Assembly (NCBI RefSeq): GCF_006345805.1
Contig: NC_043000.1
Location: forward strand, 139,500,001 to 139,564,000
From: Octopus sinensis
Lineage: Eukaryota
DNA length: 64,000 bases
Reading direction: 5' to 3'
The translations under genes were made by a program, and so were the position numbers. This document shows positions 12,142 through 25,400 of this stretch, in pieces. Numbering within the stretch: the stretch's first letter is position 1; every line of letters starts with the position of its first letter. The notes beneath the pieces are model-generated. The model worked only from the letters and a program-made list of their open reading frames with translations. It searched no databases and was not told the DNA's origin.

Positions 12142-12512
12142 TGGAGGCGCAATGGCCCAGTGGTTAGGGCAGCGGACTCGCAGTCATAGGATCGCGGTTT
12201 TGATTCCCAGACCGGGCGTTGTGAGTGTTTATTGAGCGAAAACACCTAAAAGCTCCACGAGGCTCCGGCAGGGATGGTGGTGATCCCTGCTGTACTCTTT
12301 CACCACAACTTTCTCTCACTCTTACTTCCTGTTTTTTGTTGTACCTGTATTTCAAAGGGCCGGCCTTGTCACTCTCTGTGAATATCCCCGAGAACTACGT
12401 TAAGGGTACACGTGTCTGTGGAGTGCTCAGCCATTTACACGTTAATTTCACGAGCAGGCTGTTCCGTTGATTGGATCAACTGGAACCCTCGTCGTCGTAA
12501 CCGACGGAGTGC
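12142..12512 (+). mobile_element. tRNA-derived SINE family C (young, CpG-rich)
   Basis: TGGAGGCGCAATGGCCCAGTGGTTAGGGCAGCGGACTCG head; body similar to 26687-26880. Confidence 0.85.
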
Positions 12513-12726
12513 TTCCAATGTATCATTATAATTACTGTTTTAGTTTGCCTTGAAAAGATGACACAAAAATCTATCACTCTGTTATTTGAACTCAGAACTC
12601 GATGAGTTAGCGAATGTTGTGATAAAAGCAGGATTAAGTGTTTGTTTTTGATTATATTTAAAAAAAAAATATACATTTATGATGGATCTTCTATATGGTT
12701 ACTCATGAACTAGTATTTCCAGTAGT

Positions 12727-12937
12727 TACTCTTTTACTCTTTTACTTGTTTCAGTCATTTGACTGCGGCCATGCTGGAGCACCGCCTTCAATCGAGCAAC
12801 TTGACCCGGGACTTATTCTTTTGTAAGCCCAGTACTTATTCTATCAGTCTCTTTTGCCGAACCGCTAAATAACGGGGACATAAACACACCAGCATCGGTT
12901 GTCAAGCAATGCTAGGGGGACAAACACAGACACACAA

Positions 12938-12968
<31 letters not shown>

Positions 12969-13126
12969 CGACGGGCTTCTTTGAGTTTCCGTCTACCAAA
13001 TCCACTCACAAGGCTTTGGTCGGCCCGAGGCTATAGTAGAAGACACTTACCCAAGGTGCCACGCAGTGGGACTGAACCCGGAACCATGTGGTTGGTAAAC
13101 AAGCTACTTACCACACAGCGACTCCT
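12727..13126 (-). mobile_element. SINE family A, full length
   Basis: Reverse complement has A/B boxes, core and (AAAAGAGT) tail. Confidence 0.9.
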
Positions 13127-13266
13127 AATTTATTTCTCTGGCACCTCTCATTTTACTTCAGTTTTGTAAGTTTAAGTAACAGTTGGTGTAAGCAAGTTTG
13201 GAAACACAGAATTATAAGTTATGAAATTGTAGAACCTTATAAAATATCATTTCTCAATGAACTTAC

Positions 13267-13302
13267 ACTTTCAGCATTTCAAGGATATTAATAGATGTCA
13301 GT
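13267..13302 (-). CDS. Candidate 36-nt host exon (LTSINILEMLK)
   Basis: Pyrimidine-rich acceptor ...TTTCTAATATAG, donor GT|GTAAGT, open in the frame giving LTSINILEMLK. No homology evidence. Confidence 0.25.
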
Positions 13303-14164
13303 CTATATTAGAAAGTCAGTTGTTAAAAGAAAAATGCCAAACATAGAGACAATCTATGGGCATTATTCTACTAAGTTCCACAATGCTCTTGGGGATAAAA
13401 TGCTAATTTCCTGTAATCCTAAAATAAATATTCATGCTGTGTAATTCTTAATATAAATCATTGTCTCTTAAGCTACAAGAATCTTTCAAAGATTAAAGAA
13501 TGTAGTTTTATTGTAATAAAGCATTGGTATTTTTAAAAAATATTATCATAGTTATTCAACAATATATGTTGGCTTCTAGAAAACATGCCACAACAAAATT
13601 GAAAGTGTCAATCAAAATAAATATTTATTCATTATTTCATCTTTTCAATTGAGTTCTTTTTTTTTTCTTCCATACATTACAGTTAGGTTTAAAGTTAAAA
13701 ACAGAAAGAAAGTTAAACAAATAATAAAATTTAGTCCTTGCGAAATAGACACATATTTCATTTTCTATAGATTGAATAGTAGGAGTTTTCTCATATGCTT
13801 TTTGTTCATGAACTATTTCAAGATCTAAATTCTTTTAAATATCAAAGACAATGAATGAAATTATATAATTAAAATAGTTAAAAATAAAGAAAATATATTT
13901 TGAATAAAATCCATGCAAGATTTTCTGGTCAAATAAATATCTTAGCTTCTTTAAATATTGATAACATTTTATTACGCTATAAACATTAAATTTCAGTAAA
14001 AAAAAAGAATATTTCACCAGATTTAATCTTACTAATGCTGATTCATGAAATGCAAAATTATTTTCTTTAGATTTTGGCTCAGCATTGTCTTGTACCATAT
14101 TAGTTATACTTAGGCATTTAGAGTCACATTCTACTGTCCTATCTTTCTACTGTCCTGTAATGAC

Positions 14165-14645
14165 ATGCATAAGATCTGGTCATCAAATCTAAATAGAGAC
14201 TTCAAACTTGAAATCTTCAAAGCCACAGTCGAACCAATTCTACTATATGGCTCAGAAACCTGGACGTTATCAAAGAAGCTTGAGTTGGATGGAACCTACA
14301 CTCGCCTCCTTATGAGAGCTCAAAATCTCTCGTGGAAGCGCCATCCAACCAAAATGCAAATATATGGGAAACTACCACCTGAGTCATCACTTGTGAAAGG
14401 TAAGAGAGTCCAGTTTGCTGGACATTGTTGTAGAGCTGAAAAAGAGGTAATTTCTACTCTTCTCCTCTGGAAGCCATCTACTCGCAATACCAGAAGGCGT
14501 ACACTCTCCTGCCCTGATGTAATCTCCAGGGATACAGGCATCCAGCAACAGGACCTCCGTAATGCCATGATGGACCCTGATGTCTGGCATAGCATGGTAA
14601 ATTCCATTGTCTTGACCACGGTCGAACAATAATGAAATGATGATA
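14165..14645 (+). pseudogene. 5'-truncated RTE-clade LINE 3' fragment
   Basis: IFKATVEPILLYGSETWTL...FAGHCCR...LLLWKP; ends in an AATG/ATG-type tail. Confidence 0.85.
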
Positions 14646-15344
14646 TCCTATCTGTTTCCAAACATTTAATTTTCTTCAGAATTTGTCACTAGCTAAAGTT
14701 ATAACACATGAATTTGTGTACCATATAATGTTCGTGTGCCCTGTGCTTTTATTGTTATTTGTGACCTTCAAAGGTTTTAGTTGATAAAATCAACTAAATC
14801 AGTCTAGATTTTATTCTGAGAGATATTCAATCATTCACTATTTGTTGAACTACTCTGAGTCACAGGGCATAAAGGAGGCAACAAAGCAACAAGACTGTTT
14901 TTAAACTAGTGTGAACAGAAAGCACAGATACTTACATAAACACACACACAAACACACACATACACACACACACACACACTCACAGATTTCTTTCTACTAA
15001 ATTTCTGTTTGCAAAGTATTGATCAGTTTAAGGCCATAACAGAAGACAATTGTCCAAGATGCTGCAAAGTGGACTCAAATCTGGAACCACATAGTTGCAA
15101 TATGAATTTCTTAATCACAAAGCCAGGTTTGTAAATATCTGCAACTATATGCAATTATGTGTGTGCATATATACATACATGTATACATACATATGTATGT
15201 ACATTGATACATATATACACACACATACATATATACATACATATATACATACATGATGGCTGCCCCCTCATTATCGAGTATGGCCATTGCACGAAGCTTA
15301 AACAATGTTGTTATCATGCAATGCCTGTGCAAGAAGATATTTTT

Positions 15345-15800
15345 TAAAGTGAGGAAAGGCTGTGCACTGAGTCAATCCCACTCACTAAGCAACAGCAGCC
15401 ATAATCCGAAAAGAAGAACAAGTCAACATCATCGGTAACCACTGAGCTGCAGGTTTTATGTCGGAGTTATCCCAGTTTCCTGAATTACCTTCTCCTAGAA
15501 GGATGCCCTAACAAAGGCTAGGAGTCCTTCATTCCCAATGGTTTAACCGCGCGATCGGGTATTCAGTCCGATTATTTCTATGTCCCCACGCATGATACAG
15601 CCTTAAGACATTTATTGGATGGCCGTTGACTCTCACGAGTTTCTCCGCCCTTTGACGGGTTTTGTTTTTCATCCCGCAGGGTATCCAATAATCACCCTCC
15701 TCACCAAGCAAGCTTGGCGGGGTTGCCGGTTTAGTCACCGACGACCCGACCATGCAACAGGTTGCACTGGGTTACATGTTACCAGTAGCACTCAAAAGTG
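15345..15800 (-). mobile_element. Probable RTE-type LINE 5' UTR fragment
   Basis: CpG-rich. Minus strand has CTAGCCTTTGTTAGGGCATCCTTCTAGGAGAAGGTAATTC, resembling the GGCAACCAGTCTAGGAGAAGG motif recalled from RTE 5' UTRs; abuts (ACAT)n. Confidence 0.45.
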
Positions 15801-15919
15801 ACATACATACATACATACATAGTCGATTCAAATAAACAAACCAAATAAATGAATAAAAGAATGAAAAAAAATGAATGTCAGGATGTACACAAGAAATGTA
15901 TTAGCTTAACAGTTGGCAA

Positions 15920-16465
15920 TATGAACATACACACACACACACACGCACACACATACATACATAAATATACACACATATACATACTCATATACATACACAC
16001 ACATACGTACATAAATATACACACATATACATAACCATACTCATATACATACACACTCACAAATACATAAATATACACACATATACATAACCATACTCAT
16101 ATACATACACACTCACAAATACATACATAAATATACACACATATACATACACACACATACATACATAAATATACACACATATACATATACATACTCATAT
16201 ACATACACACACACATTCATACATAAATATACACACACATATACATACACACACATACATACATAAATATACACATATACATATACATACTCATATACAT
16301 ACACACACACATTCATACATAAATATACACACATATACATACTCATATATACACATATAGATATACATACTCATATACACACATATACATATACATACTC
16401 ATATACATACACTCACAAATACATACATAAATATACCCACATATACATACTCATAAAGACACACA

Positions 16466-16516
<51 letters not shown>

Positions 16517-16530
16517 TATATATATATGGA
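15920..16530. repeat. Complex (CA/TA) minisatellite with higher-order units, then (TA)n
   Basis: Recurrent ATAAATATACACACATATACAT units, including a ~57-nt tandem duplication at ~16010-16125. Confidence 0.9.
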
Positions 16531-18019
16531 TATATTATACAAAGAGTGTTACTCAAGAGGTTGTAAGAACTTTACTACAAACCTGTCTTTCAGTAAGAGC
16601 CAATTCCAAGTAAGAAATGTTTTACTTTGCAGCAATCACTTGGGAAGATATGGATATTGCAACTCTCATATATTCTGCTTCTAGAAGATCTGAGGCATAT
16701 TACTTAAGTAATAGAGAAGTTTCCAAACGAGGGTTAAAGCAGTGGAGATAGTCAAGACAGTTCAAAACTTTTTGAGTTGGTTTATGATGTGTAATTTCTG
16801 TACTTGGATCCTTTGAAGTCAACTGCACTTTTCACCATTCTAATATTAATATAACTAAACATTGATAATATATATACAAAGAGCTTTTAAAGCAAAGGAA
16901 AGCATCTAGCAGTAGAATACTGCTTTAAGAAATTGTCTAAGCAATCCATAGGAAAGCAGATGTAAAAATGATATAAAGTTTAAAAACTCATTTAATATTT
17001 AATTTTTGATATTTAGATTACAAATTACTTCTATTGCTAATTGGATGTTATCACCGTCTGAATACTTCATAAGATGTAGGATAATTAAGTTAGTATTAGC
17101 AAATTTAAAGTCGTGGGCTTTTAATACATAATGAGAAATACTTATTCAATGAGGAAACTGAGTTATATTATTTTAATGATTTTGTTAATTGCCAGATGTA
17201 ACTTTGATATTATATATCTTTATAGTGTTTCCTTCATTACCAATTTGGCAAGTAAGGTAAAACCCATTTTAAAATCCATTTCCATGAAGAGATCTAATAA
17301 GACCAAACACAATCAGAGTTATCTCCTGCATTTGCTGAAATAATTAAAGCAAAATTAACCATTGAGCTAATACTCTCAGCTCTTCCTGACAATCCTTTTT
17401 AATTAGCATTTTGATACCCACTATATTAAATATGCTAACATTATTGTTATTTTTATGCATCTGTCCTCTCTTAGTAACTGAAATTAATGATTTATTTTTC
17501 TAAAAAGATTAGTCAGTTTGGGAACATACCACTTGACAAAACATTCCATTTTGACTATATTAATTGTATGCGTATAAAGCAATTCCTTCCCAGTTCTTTA
17601 ATTAATCAATACTTTTAATTACAAAAATTATAAAAAACCTCAGTCATTTTGTTGCCCCACCATTAGATTCAATAACAATTTATACTTCTTAAATGTTTAT
17701 TAAACAATTCACTTAGAATGCAATGAAGTCAACTATATCAATTACACCTTAAGTGGAGTTAAGTCTATAATAAAAGATACTTACTCAACTGGCTGTGCAG
17801 TGGAATTGAACTTGACACTGTGTACTTGTGAAGTAGACTGGTTATCCCCTCAACCATACCTGTGTGTCTGAGAGCAAAATGTTCTGTCATAATTTAGAAA
17901 AAGTATCTGATACATAGACTGAGGTATACTCTTCGGTTGAAGTTTTAATATTTGGAGTAGGATCATTCTAGGACAAGTGTTTTAGTCAGTCATATCCCAC
18001 GTAGATGTTATTTCCATCT

Positions 18020-18212
18020 CTTACTCTTTTACTCTTTTACTTGTTTCCGTCATTTGACTGCGGCCATGCTGGGGCACCACCTAATTTATCAGTTCCAAAA
18101 TGATGAAAAGCAAAGTCAACCTCAGTGGAGTTTGAACTCAGTTCATAAAGACAGATGAAATGCTGCTAAGTATTATGCCCAGGCCACTAATGATTCTGCC
18201 AGCTCACCACCT
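18020..18212 (-). mobile_element. Adjacent fragments of SINE A tail and SINE B head, followed by (AGT)n
   Basis: TACTCTTTTACTTGTTTCCGTCATTTGACTGCGGCC, then GCAAAGTCAACCTC..TTTGAACTCAG..CTGCCAGCTCACCACC. Confidence 0.75.
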
Positions 18213-18213
18213 C

Positions 18214-18253
<40 letters not shown>

Positions 18254-18495
18254 AAATACAGCGAAATGCTTATATGATATATCAGCATGATTATTTACCT
18301 ACCTCTACTATTGTTTTGCCTTTGTTATGAAGAATATATTTAATTAATTGTCAGTGAGAAAGAAAGGGAGGAGAAAATGAGAATTGGACAGACACAGCCA
18401 ATAGGGAAGAGAGAGAGTAGTATAGTGTCATTCAACAGAGCTTCAATGAAGTTTCAGATGTTGCTTTAGATTAATCTGTCTGTACTTAAAAATAC

Positions 18496-18569
18496 TTGTT
18501 GACTGTCAGTTGCATCTGTCACAGCTATTAGACTGTCACTTAGAGGTGGCTCTTGAGTAGCTTCAGTCT
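18496..18569 (-). CDS. Candidate 74-nt host exon (TEATQEPPLSDSLIAVTDATDSQQ)
   Basis: Acceptor ...CATCTCTTCACAG, donor CAA|GTATTT; only one frame open; not part of a recognised repeat. Confidence 0.3.
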
Positions 18570-19319
18570 CTGTGAAGAGATGTTGCAAAATATTATTTAC
18601 AGAAAAATCCAGAATTTGAAATCTGTGGATGCATTACCATTTAACTCCTCTCACCTCAAATTTTGTATTCCTTGTAGCTGTTGAGTTCCGTTAATCAGCA
18701 TGCCATTTATATAATTTTCTTGCTATCATTCACAATTGATATAATTGGCAGTCTTTCTAGAATATTATCTTCCTCTGATGTTGCAGTTAAGTGATTTGTT
18801 TTAATTTTCCTTAATACAAAAATATAATTAATTAATGCTAATTTGAACCATATCATAAGTTATTGCTCTATCTTGATTTTGTTTTGTTTTTTTTTAAATA
18901 TTTTTATTACATTTATATATATTTTATTATATTTATTACATTTATCAGTTCCATATTTAAACAGAAAATGTCTTATTTTGTAGATTCTGGTTTTAAATCA
19001 TAGCTTTACACTGAGTTCAGTTATGATTTGTTCTTTTCTTTGACATCTTCATAATCTTCCTTCAATATGAAAATTCCTATATTATCTTGCATCGAAACCA
19101 GTAATTAATTCACGAGTTACAAAGATCCTCTCTTTCTCCACTAGTTAACCCTTGTTCACCCAAATTAACATTACTATTTTAACCTGATATTTACTTGATA
19201 AATGATGATTTAAATTTTGTATTCCTTTTGAAAGATAATTAATTTTAATTAATAATCCTTTATAGATATTCCTGGTAGCATTATCAATAACGTTCCATAA
19301 CATTTCCTACTACTCTCTT

Positions 19320-19480
19320 TATCACCATTCATCATTGTTTTAGCATTCCATTTTGATGTTGGCATTGGTTGAATGGGTTCAAATAGCAGCATAATTTTAT
19401 ATTTCTTGTTTCTGTATCACTTCATCTTTGAAGCCAAACTTACTCATATCAGCTTTAACCACATCCTCCTACAACTATTT
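19320..19480 (-). pseudogene. Degenerate RTE LINE 3' end
   Basis: Minus strand encodes EDVVKADMSKFG and ends in a tail similar to family D (CCCATGCTAGCATGG..GATGATG). Confidence 0.5.
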
Positions 19481-19607
19481 TGGTAATATTTACTGTAGGT
19501 ACCTCAAATCACTAATTCCCGTGTCCTCACCATAAACATGCTAATATGACCCCCCACCATAATCATGCCAACACTTTTTTCTCTGTTGTTTATTCTTTTT
19601 TTTCTTT

Positions 19608-20002
19608 TATTCTTTTACTTGTTTCAGTCATTTGACTGTGGCCATGCTGGAGCACCGCCTTTAATTGAGCAACTCAACCCCGGGACTTATTCTTTTGTAA
19701 GCCCAGTACTTATTCTATCGGTCTTTTTTGCCGAACCGCTAAGTAACGGGGACATAAACACACCAGCATCGGTTGTCAAGCAATGCTAGGAGGACAAACA
19801 CAGACACAATCACACACATATATATATATACATATATACGACGGGCTTCTTTCAGTTTCCCTCTACCAAATCCACTCACAAGGCATTGGTCGGCCCGGGG
19901 CTATAGCAGAAGACAATTGCCCAAGATTCCACGCAGTGGGACTGAACCCGGAACCATGTGGTTGGTTAGCAAGCTACTTACCACACAGCCACTCCTGCGC
20001 CT
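19608..20002 (-). mobile_element. SINE family A, full length
   Basis: Reverse complement begins AGGCGCAGGAGTGGCTGTGTGGTAAG. Confidence 0.9.
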
Positions 20003-20100
20003 ATAAATAATCCGACTTAAAAATTATTGTTTGGCAGCGATGGGATCTATGGGATCTATGTGGATCTATGTTATTGATATTAAGTCAGTTTCTCACCCTA

Positions 20101-20791
20101 TATAAGCTGAATATTCATATCTTTACCTCTTGACCGACAGATTTAAAAAATACTTTTTTGTAATTAAACACTTTCAAACTTCGGACACTGATAGAGTGTG
20201 TCATATAAAACATCTTTTACTCTCAGCGTTTTTTGAGAAAAGCTTATATTTAGGAAGTTATTTCTCATTAAAGTTGTAGTATTTTGGTAATTTCAACCAA
20301 TCAATGACATGTATTCAGCTGAATAAAATTACTGCTGTTGTTTGTCAACAACTATCAGCGGTGTATATTTCGTTTGTCACTGTTATTTATGACATCGTTT
20401 GTGTGTTTGTACTGGTTTTAGCTTTAAGGTTTTAGGGTTTGGGTTAGGGTTTTAGGGTTAGGGTTAGGGTGTTAGGGTTAGGATTTTAGGGTTAGGGTTG
20501 TCATAAATAACAGTGACAAATCAAATATACACCACCGGAAGTTCTTGTTGACAAACAACAGTAATTTTATTCAGCTGAATACACATCATTGATTAGTTGA
20601 AATTACTGAAATACTACAACTTTAACGTGAAGTAACTTCCTAAATATAAGCTTTTCTCAAAATTGTTAAGAGTAAAAGATGTTTTATATGATACATTCTA
20701 TCAATGTCCAAAGTTTGAAAGCGTTCAGTTACAAAAAATTATTTTAAAAATCTATAGGTCAAAAGGTAAAGATTTGAATATTCATCTTGTA
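20101..20791. mobile_element. Foldback MITE with ~290-bp inverted arms and (TTAGGG)n spacer
   Basis: Arms 20101-20394 and 20499-20791 are reverse complements with scattered mismatches; spacer has 8 perfect TTAGGG plus 2 variants (20432-20497); TA at both ends. Confidence 0.8.
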
Positions 20792-21156
20792 CCATAATCA
20801 GTTCATTTCTGTTCATTTCCTACAAGTAATTCTTATTCATACTCATATATTTCTATTCTGTACATTATTACACTTTGTGATTCATTTCTGAAATAATCTA
20901 ACCTGCATATGTTTTGCATTACTAATATTGCTCTGTAGGAATTTTAAATACAGAAAGAAACCTATGTTCTGTGAACATAATTCTTTAAACTATAAGCCAG
21001 ATTCTGTCTGCTTCAACAACAACAATGCATTGTACAAGATTAGGCCATTTTACCACAAATGATACAACTTCAGGAGTTAGAATTCAATAATTTCAACAAT
21101 ATGTGTTAGTCTATCTTGTTTATGATTTTTATATTTTATATGATTTTTTATAATTA

Positions 21157-21207
<51 letters not shown>

Positions 21208-21214
21208 GGATAGT

Positions 21215-22885
21215 GCATGATAGAAAATGCTGCAGTTGATATTAATATTTCTTGTGGTCAGTACTCCATTAAAGTGGTGTAATTGGAGATTCGTATTCCA
21301 CATTGACGCGTTGTGCTTCAGGAAGTTTGAAATGACAGAAGAAATTTTGAAGATATCCCGCAATTTCAAGATCCATAAATGCAGTATGCTGTTGAAGGCC
21401 TTTTTATAATCATTCTATGCAGAACTGAGATTTCTGTGTTTGTTATGACAATTCTCAAGTATCATGCGATTGATTAAGAGTGGGTTGTTGCATCGATATG
21501 AGCCTTGTCCGCACCCTTTTTGTTTAATGGGGAAAATATCATTCTGTTCCATAAATTTGTGTTTTCTCCACGAGAATGGATGTTAAAATTTTTATACGTG
21601 ATAGATACACATGTTATGGACTGATTGTCTTGGGGAAATTTGGTTTCATTATTCTTCGGGAGTAGGTAAGTAATACCACTTGCTAACTAATCAGGTGTTT
21701 TTGTGGGATCTCTCAGAATTTCATTGAATAACTGGACTAACTTTTTATATGCATACAGGAGCGAGGCAAGCCAGAGATTTGGCACCCAATCATTACCAGG
21801 AGATTTCCACTTATGAGCCTTCATGAGTGTCACCCTTAGGTCTGCTATTATGATGTCTTCCCATGCTTGTTCTGGTAAGTTTTGGTTGGATCCTTCTGTG
21901 CGTTGAACCCAGTCTGCATTTTCACTTTAAGTCTTTTTAGTACTCCAGATATTTTCCCAGAAGTTTTCAACTTCTTCCATGGCAGGGGTGGAGGGTGTCT
22001 TCAATGGTTATTTTCTCTTTCCCTATTTCCCCATAGAATGTTTCAGCATTGGATGTGAACAGCTTATTTTACTAGTAAAATTTGTTTCTTTTCTTAAATC
22101 TTTGTATTCTTTGAGCTTTTGCTTGGACTTTATGCTGCAGTGTTTCTTTTGCTGAAAGCAGTTCTTCTCATCAGTGTTTTCTCTTCATCTATTTTCCTTT
22201 TCTGGTTTTTACATTGTTTCCATAGATTAGTTCATTCAATATTGATATTTCACCTCTCATTATTTCAATCTCTTTTTCAATTTTACTTTCCCAGTTTGGA
22301 ATTATTCTCAGGTTTGCATTTCTTTGTTTTCTCAGAGGCATACAACTAGTTCAATTGTCCTAGCAGCTGTGTAAATAATTTCATTTAATTCAGTGATATC
22401 TGGCTTTAGATCTTGTATAATTTCCTTTGTTACATAGTTTCCAATTCTAATTTTTCTATTTTGGATTGTATTTGAGAGCTTATGAAGTGGTCTCTATTAT
22501 GCACATTAACGTATCTTACAACCGCAAGCTTATTCAGGATTTTCTACTTCAGTTCTATCGCACTCTCTATGTTCTTCAGTAAATGTGTGGTCTTCAAATA
22601 TTGTTTCTTTACCACTTTCCTTGCTATCTTTATTAGGTTCATTACACTTTATGTCTCCAGACGTTTGCATGTTCTAGTCAGATGTCAGTCTTTCACTTGA
22701 GACTCGTGGAGAGTAACTCTTTTCGTCTGGTTCTTCCTTTCCTTGTTGTCTTATATTTAGGTCATTTAAAACTACATGTTTGATCAAAATTATTTCACTA
22801 TCTGTGAGTCTTGTTTCTGAAGTTATCCCTCCTAACATTTGCTACTTGTTTTCATCCAAATATAGTCTGTTGTCTTGATTTCATG
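21215..22885 (-). mobile_element. Decayed Dong/R4-type LINE copy lacking its 3' part
   Basis: Collinear with ~42150-43830 (e.g. AGTGGT..ATTGGAGATTCGTATTCCAC); many stops; (ATT)n on both sides. Confidence 0.85.
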
Positions 22886-23110
22886 TTCGCTATTATTATT
22901 ATTGTTTTTGTTGTTGTTGTTGTTATCATTATCATTATTATTATTATATGTTTAGATTTTGCTTTGTATTTGTAGAAGTTGACTCCAAGTCTCACCCAGA
23001 TACCTCAAGAGACTTGTTAGAAGTTCAAGTTGCTGTTATGACTAGGGTGTCATATATTTGGTTTTACACAGAGTATTGTTCTAGAGAATGTCAAAACATA
23101 AGTAAATTAG
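22886..23110 (-). mobile_element. (TAA)n tail plus probable REL-LINE 3' UTR fragment
   Basis: (ATT/GTT)n followed by non-repetitive sequence with the layout of the 3' UTR at 40990-41100. Confidence 0.45.
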
Positions 23111-23124
23111 AAGTTTGATTAGTA

Positions 23125-23460
23125 ATCATTATTATTATTATTATTATTGATTATTTTCTCTTTATCACAGGTTTTGTTGGAGCTCCTGGAGTCTTGCATG
23201 CGTAGCGGGCTTACTACCTGCAGCCTATGGTCCCATGCTATTCATTCTTTTCAGCTATCTAATACTTTCCTGATTATTCTGGCCATGCCAATGAGGCAAA
23301 CCTTTTGTAATGGTTCTACTGGGCACTCTGTTCTATTTTCCTTTATATTCCTATTGATGCCTTCTGATACTATTCCCAAGGACCCAACAATAATTAGCAC
23401 TATCTTCACCTTCTTCATTTTCCATAGCCAGGCTATTTCGTACTTAAGAGGGTTCTATCT
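23125..23460 (-). pseudogene. REL-endonuclease LINE 3' end (second subfamily) with (TAA)n tail
   Basis: Minus strand encodes KYEIAWLWKMKKVKIVLIIVGSLG...LQKVCLIGMARIIRKVLD*. Confidence 0.8.
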
Positions 23461-23469
23461 GTCTATCTT

Positions 23470-23500
23470 TGCATATTCCTTCTTTCTTCTTCTTCTTCTT

Positions 23501-23576
<76 letters not shown>

Positions 23577-23590
23577 TATCATTATTATTA
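23470..23590. repeat. (TTC)n(TTA)n compound microsatellite
   Basis: Direct reading. Confidence 0.97.
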
Positions 23591-23941
23591 TTGCTTCTAT
23601 TTCTGTGATTGTCATATATCTGAAACTGCAGTAGCAGAGATGCCACTTCAGTTTTTAGAGACCACTTCTTTGCAATGACTATACAATATCGATTTCCTAT
23701 CAGCACCTTTCTTACATATTGATCAAAGCTGTTTTCAAAGGTTGCTGGATTATATGAACTTCACTACTGATTTGGTTTGTTTATTTTTGCTATATTCACT
23801 TTTTGAATTTTTGATTCAAATCAAATATCCAAAGTTTAGCAATCTTAAAATTTTTCACAAATTTTGCTACGAGAAAAAGTTTATGAACAACAAACAAAGC
23901 ATTCTCAGAAATATACAGTCCTGCTCACCTTTATAATTTCA

Positions 23942-24331
23942 CTGACAGTATTGCTCAGCGTTGCTCAGATTTGTTTCGACCCTTTAGAATTGGAATTTTT
24001 GAAAAGTAAAAATTTTGCATTATGTAGCTTGATAGGCTCTTTAAGTGAACATTTTTCTGGTTGAAATACACCGAAAAATGGCGACACAGCAGTCGAAAAT
24101 CGTAAAAAATAGGGATTTTCATAGAAAAAAAGCACCCTTTTGATGTAAATAATTTTTGGTCTTAACTTGGTCCGATTTGAATTTTATCTTCTTGGTAATA
24201 AAGAGCAAGCCTTCTTCTATCATACTCCCAATTTTGGTCAACTTGTGTCGCAGGGGCTCGGAGGAGATAGTGTTAGTTGAAGCCTACCAAACTTGTCACA
24301 CACAGACAACTTCAGCTTTTATATATATAGA
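23942..24331 (-). mobile_element. Non-autonomous Helitron (degenerate 3' end)
   Basis: Minus 5' end A|TCTATATATATAAAAG. Left end ACTGACAGTATTGCTCAGCGTTGCTCAG is a decayed version of ACTAGCAATATCGCCCGGCGTTGCTCGG at 47166. Confidence 0.7.
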
Positions 24332-24700
24332 TTACAGAGTAAGGAGTAAAAAGAATACTTATAATTGCATTCTAATGGACTCTCAACAAAATGTTTACTT
24401 TAAACACCTGATAACAGAAAATGAACAAAATTAAACCCATGATTATGATTAGCTAGTGGTTTAAACTTACAGCATTGACTTTCATGTAGCAGCTTTCCTA
24501 GTTCAAGAATGTTTTAATTATGATGTTAATTTTCTGTTATGAAGCACTCTTTATATAAATTAAAATAGGATCCAGTTTAATATGGACAGCTATCAGGTAC
24601 AATGATATGACTTAATTACCCCAGTTCCTAAATCAGGAAGAGAGTGAAATCTAAATCTTGATGTTGGTATACATTTCCGTGTTATTGTCATTATTATTAT

Positions 24701-25108
24701 TACTCTTTTACTCTTTTACTTGTTTCAGTCATGTGACTGTGGCCATGCTGGAGCATCGCCTTTAGTCGAGCAAATCGACCCCAGGACTTATTCTTTGTAA
24801 GCCTAGTACTTATTCTATCAGTTTCTTTTGCTGAACCGCTAAGTTACGGGGACGTAAACACACCAGCATTGGTTGTCAAGTGTAGTTGGGGGCACAAACA
24901 CAGACACACAAACATACACACGCACATACATATATACATATATACGACGGGCTTCTTTCAGTTTCCGTCTACCAAATCCACTCACAAGGCTTTGGTCGAC
25001 CCGAGGCTATAGTAGAAGACACTTGCCCAAAGTGCCACACTGTGGGACTGAACCTGGAACCATGTGGTTGGTAAGCAAGCTACTTACCACATAACCACTC
25101 CTACACCT
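24701..25108 (-). mobile_element. SINE family A, full length
   Basis: Same structure as 12727-13126. Confidence 0.9.
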
Positions 25109-25149
25109 ACGTTATTCATAATGTGCATGAATGTTTTACATTTGGAATC

Positions 25150-25400
25150 AATGTCTTTGGTACTGGGTCACAACCAGTTTCCATAGATGTCGAGGACCTT
25201 TCTTACAATCGTTGTTGTTCCCAATAAGGTAGATTTCTGAATTGATGCAACTCGTGTAGTTACACCAGTCTCAATAAGGGAACTGTTACGTCTGTTGGTA
25301 ATGTTACCTTGAGCACTTCTGACAACTGGGATTATTTTTTGTAGAAATCCTCTGCTGTCGTCGTATTTCCCTAGCCAAATCCTGTTATTTTCCTATTTTT
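25150..25400 (-). pseudogene. REL-LINE C-terminal fragment (third subfamily)
   Basis: Minus strand encodes KIIPVV...IQKSTLLGTTTIVRKVLDI, with frameshifts. Confidence 0.65.

Noticed and set aside
12142-12215. tRNA gene candidates at SINE heads
   Set aside because: A/B boxes run straight into SINE bodies, with no complete cloverleaf or terminator.
20432-20497. Telomere or chromosome-fusion scar
   Set aside because: Short, single-orientation and centred within a MITE's inverted arms.
23147-23706. Poly-L/I/R/F ORFs here and at 44211-44531 and 53005-53385
   Set aside because: Trinucleotide repeat translations.
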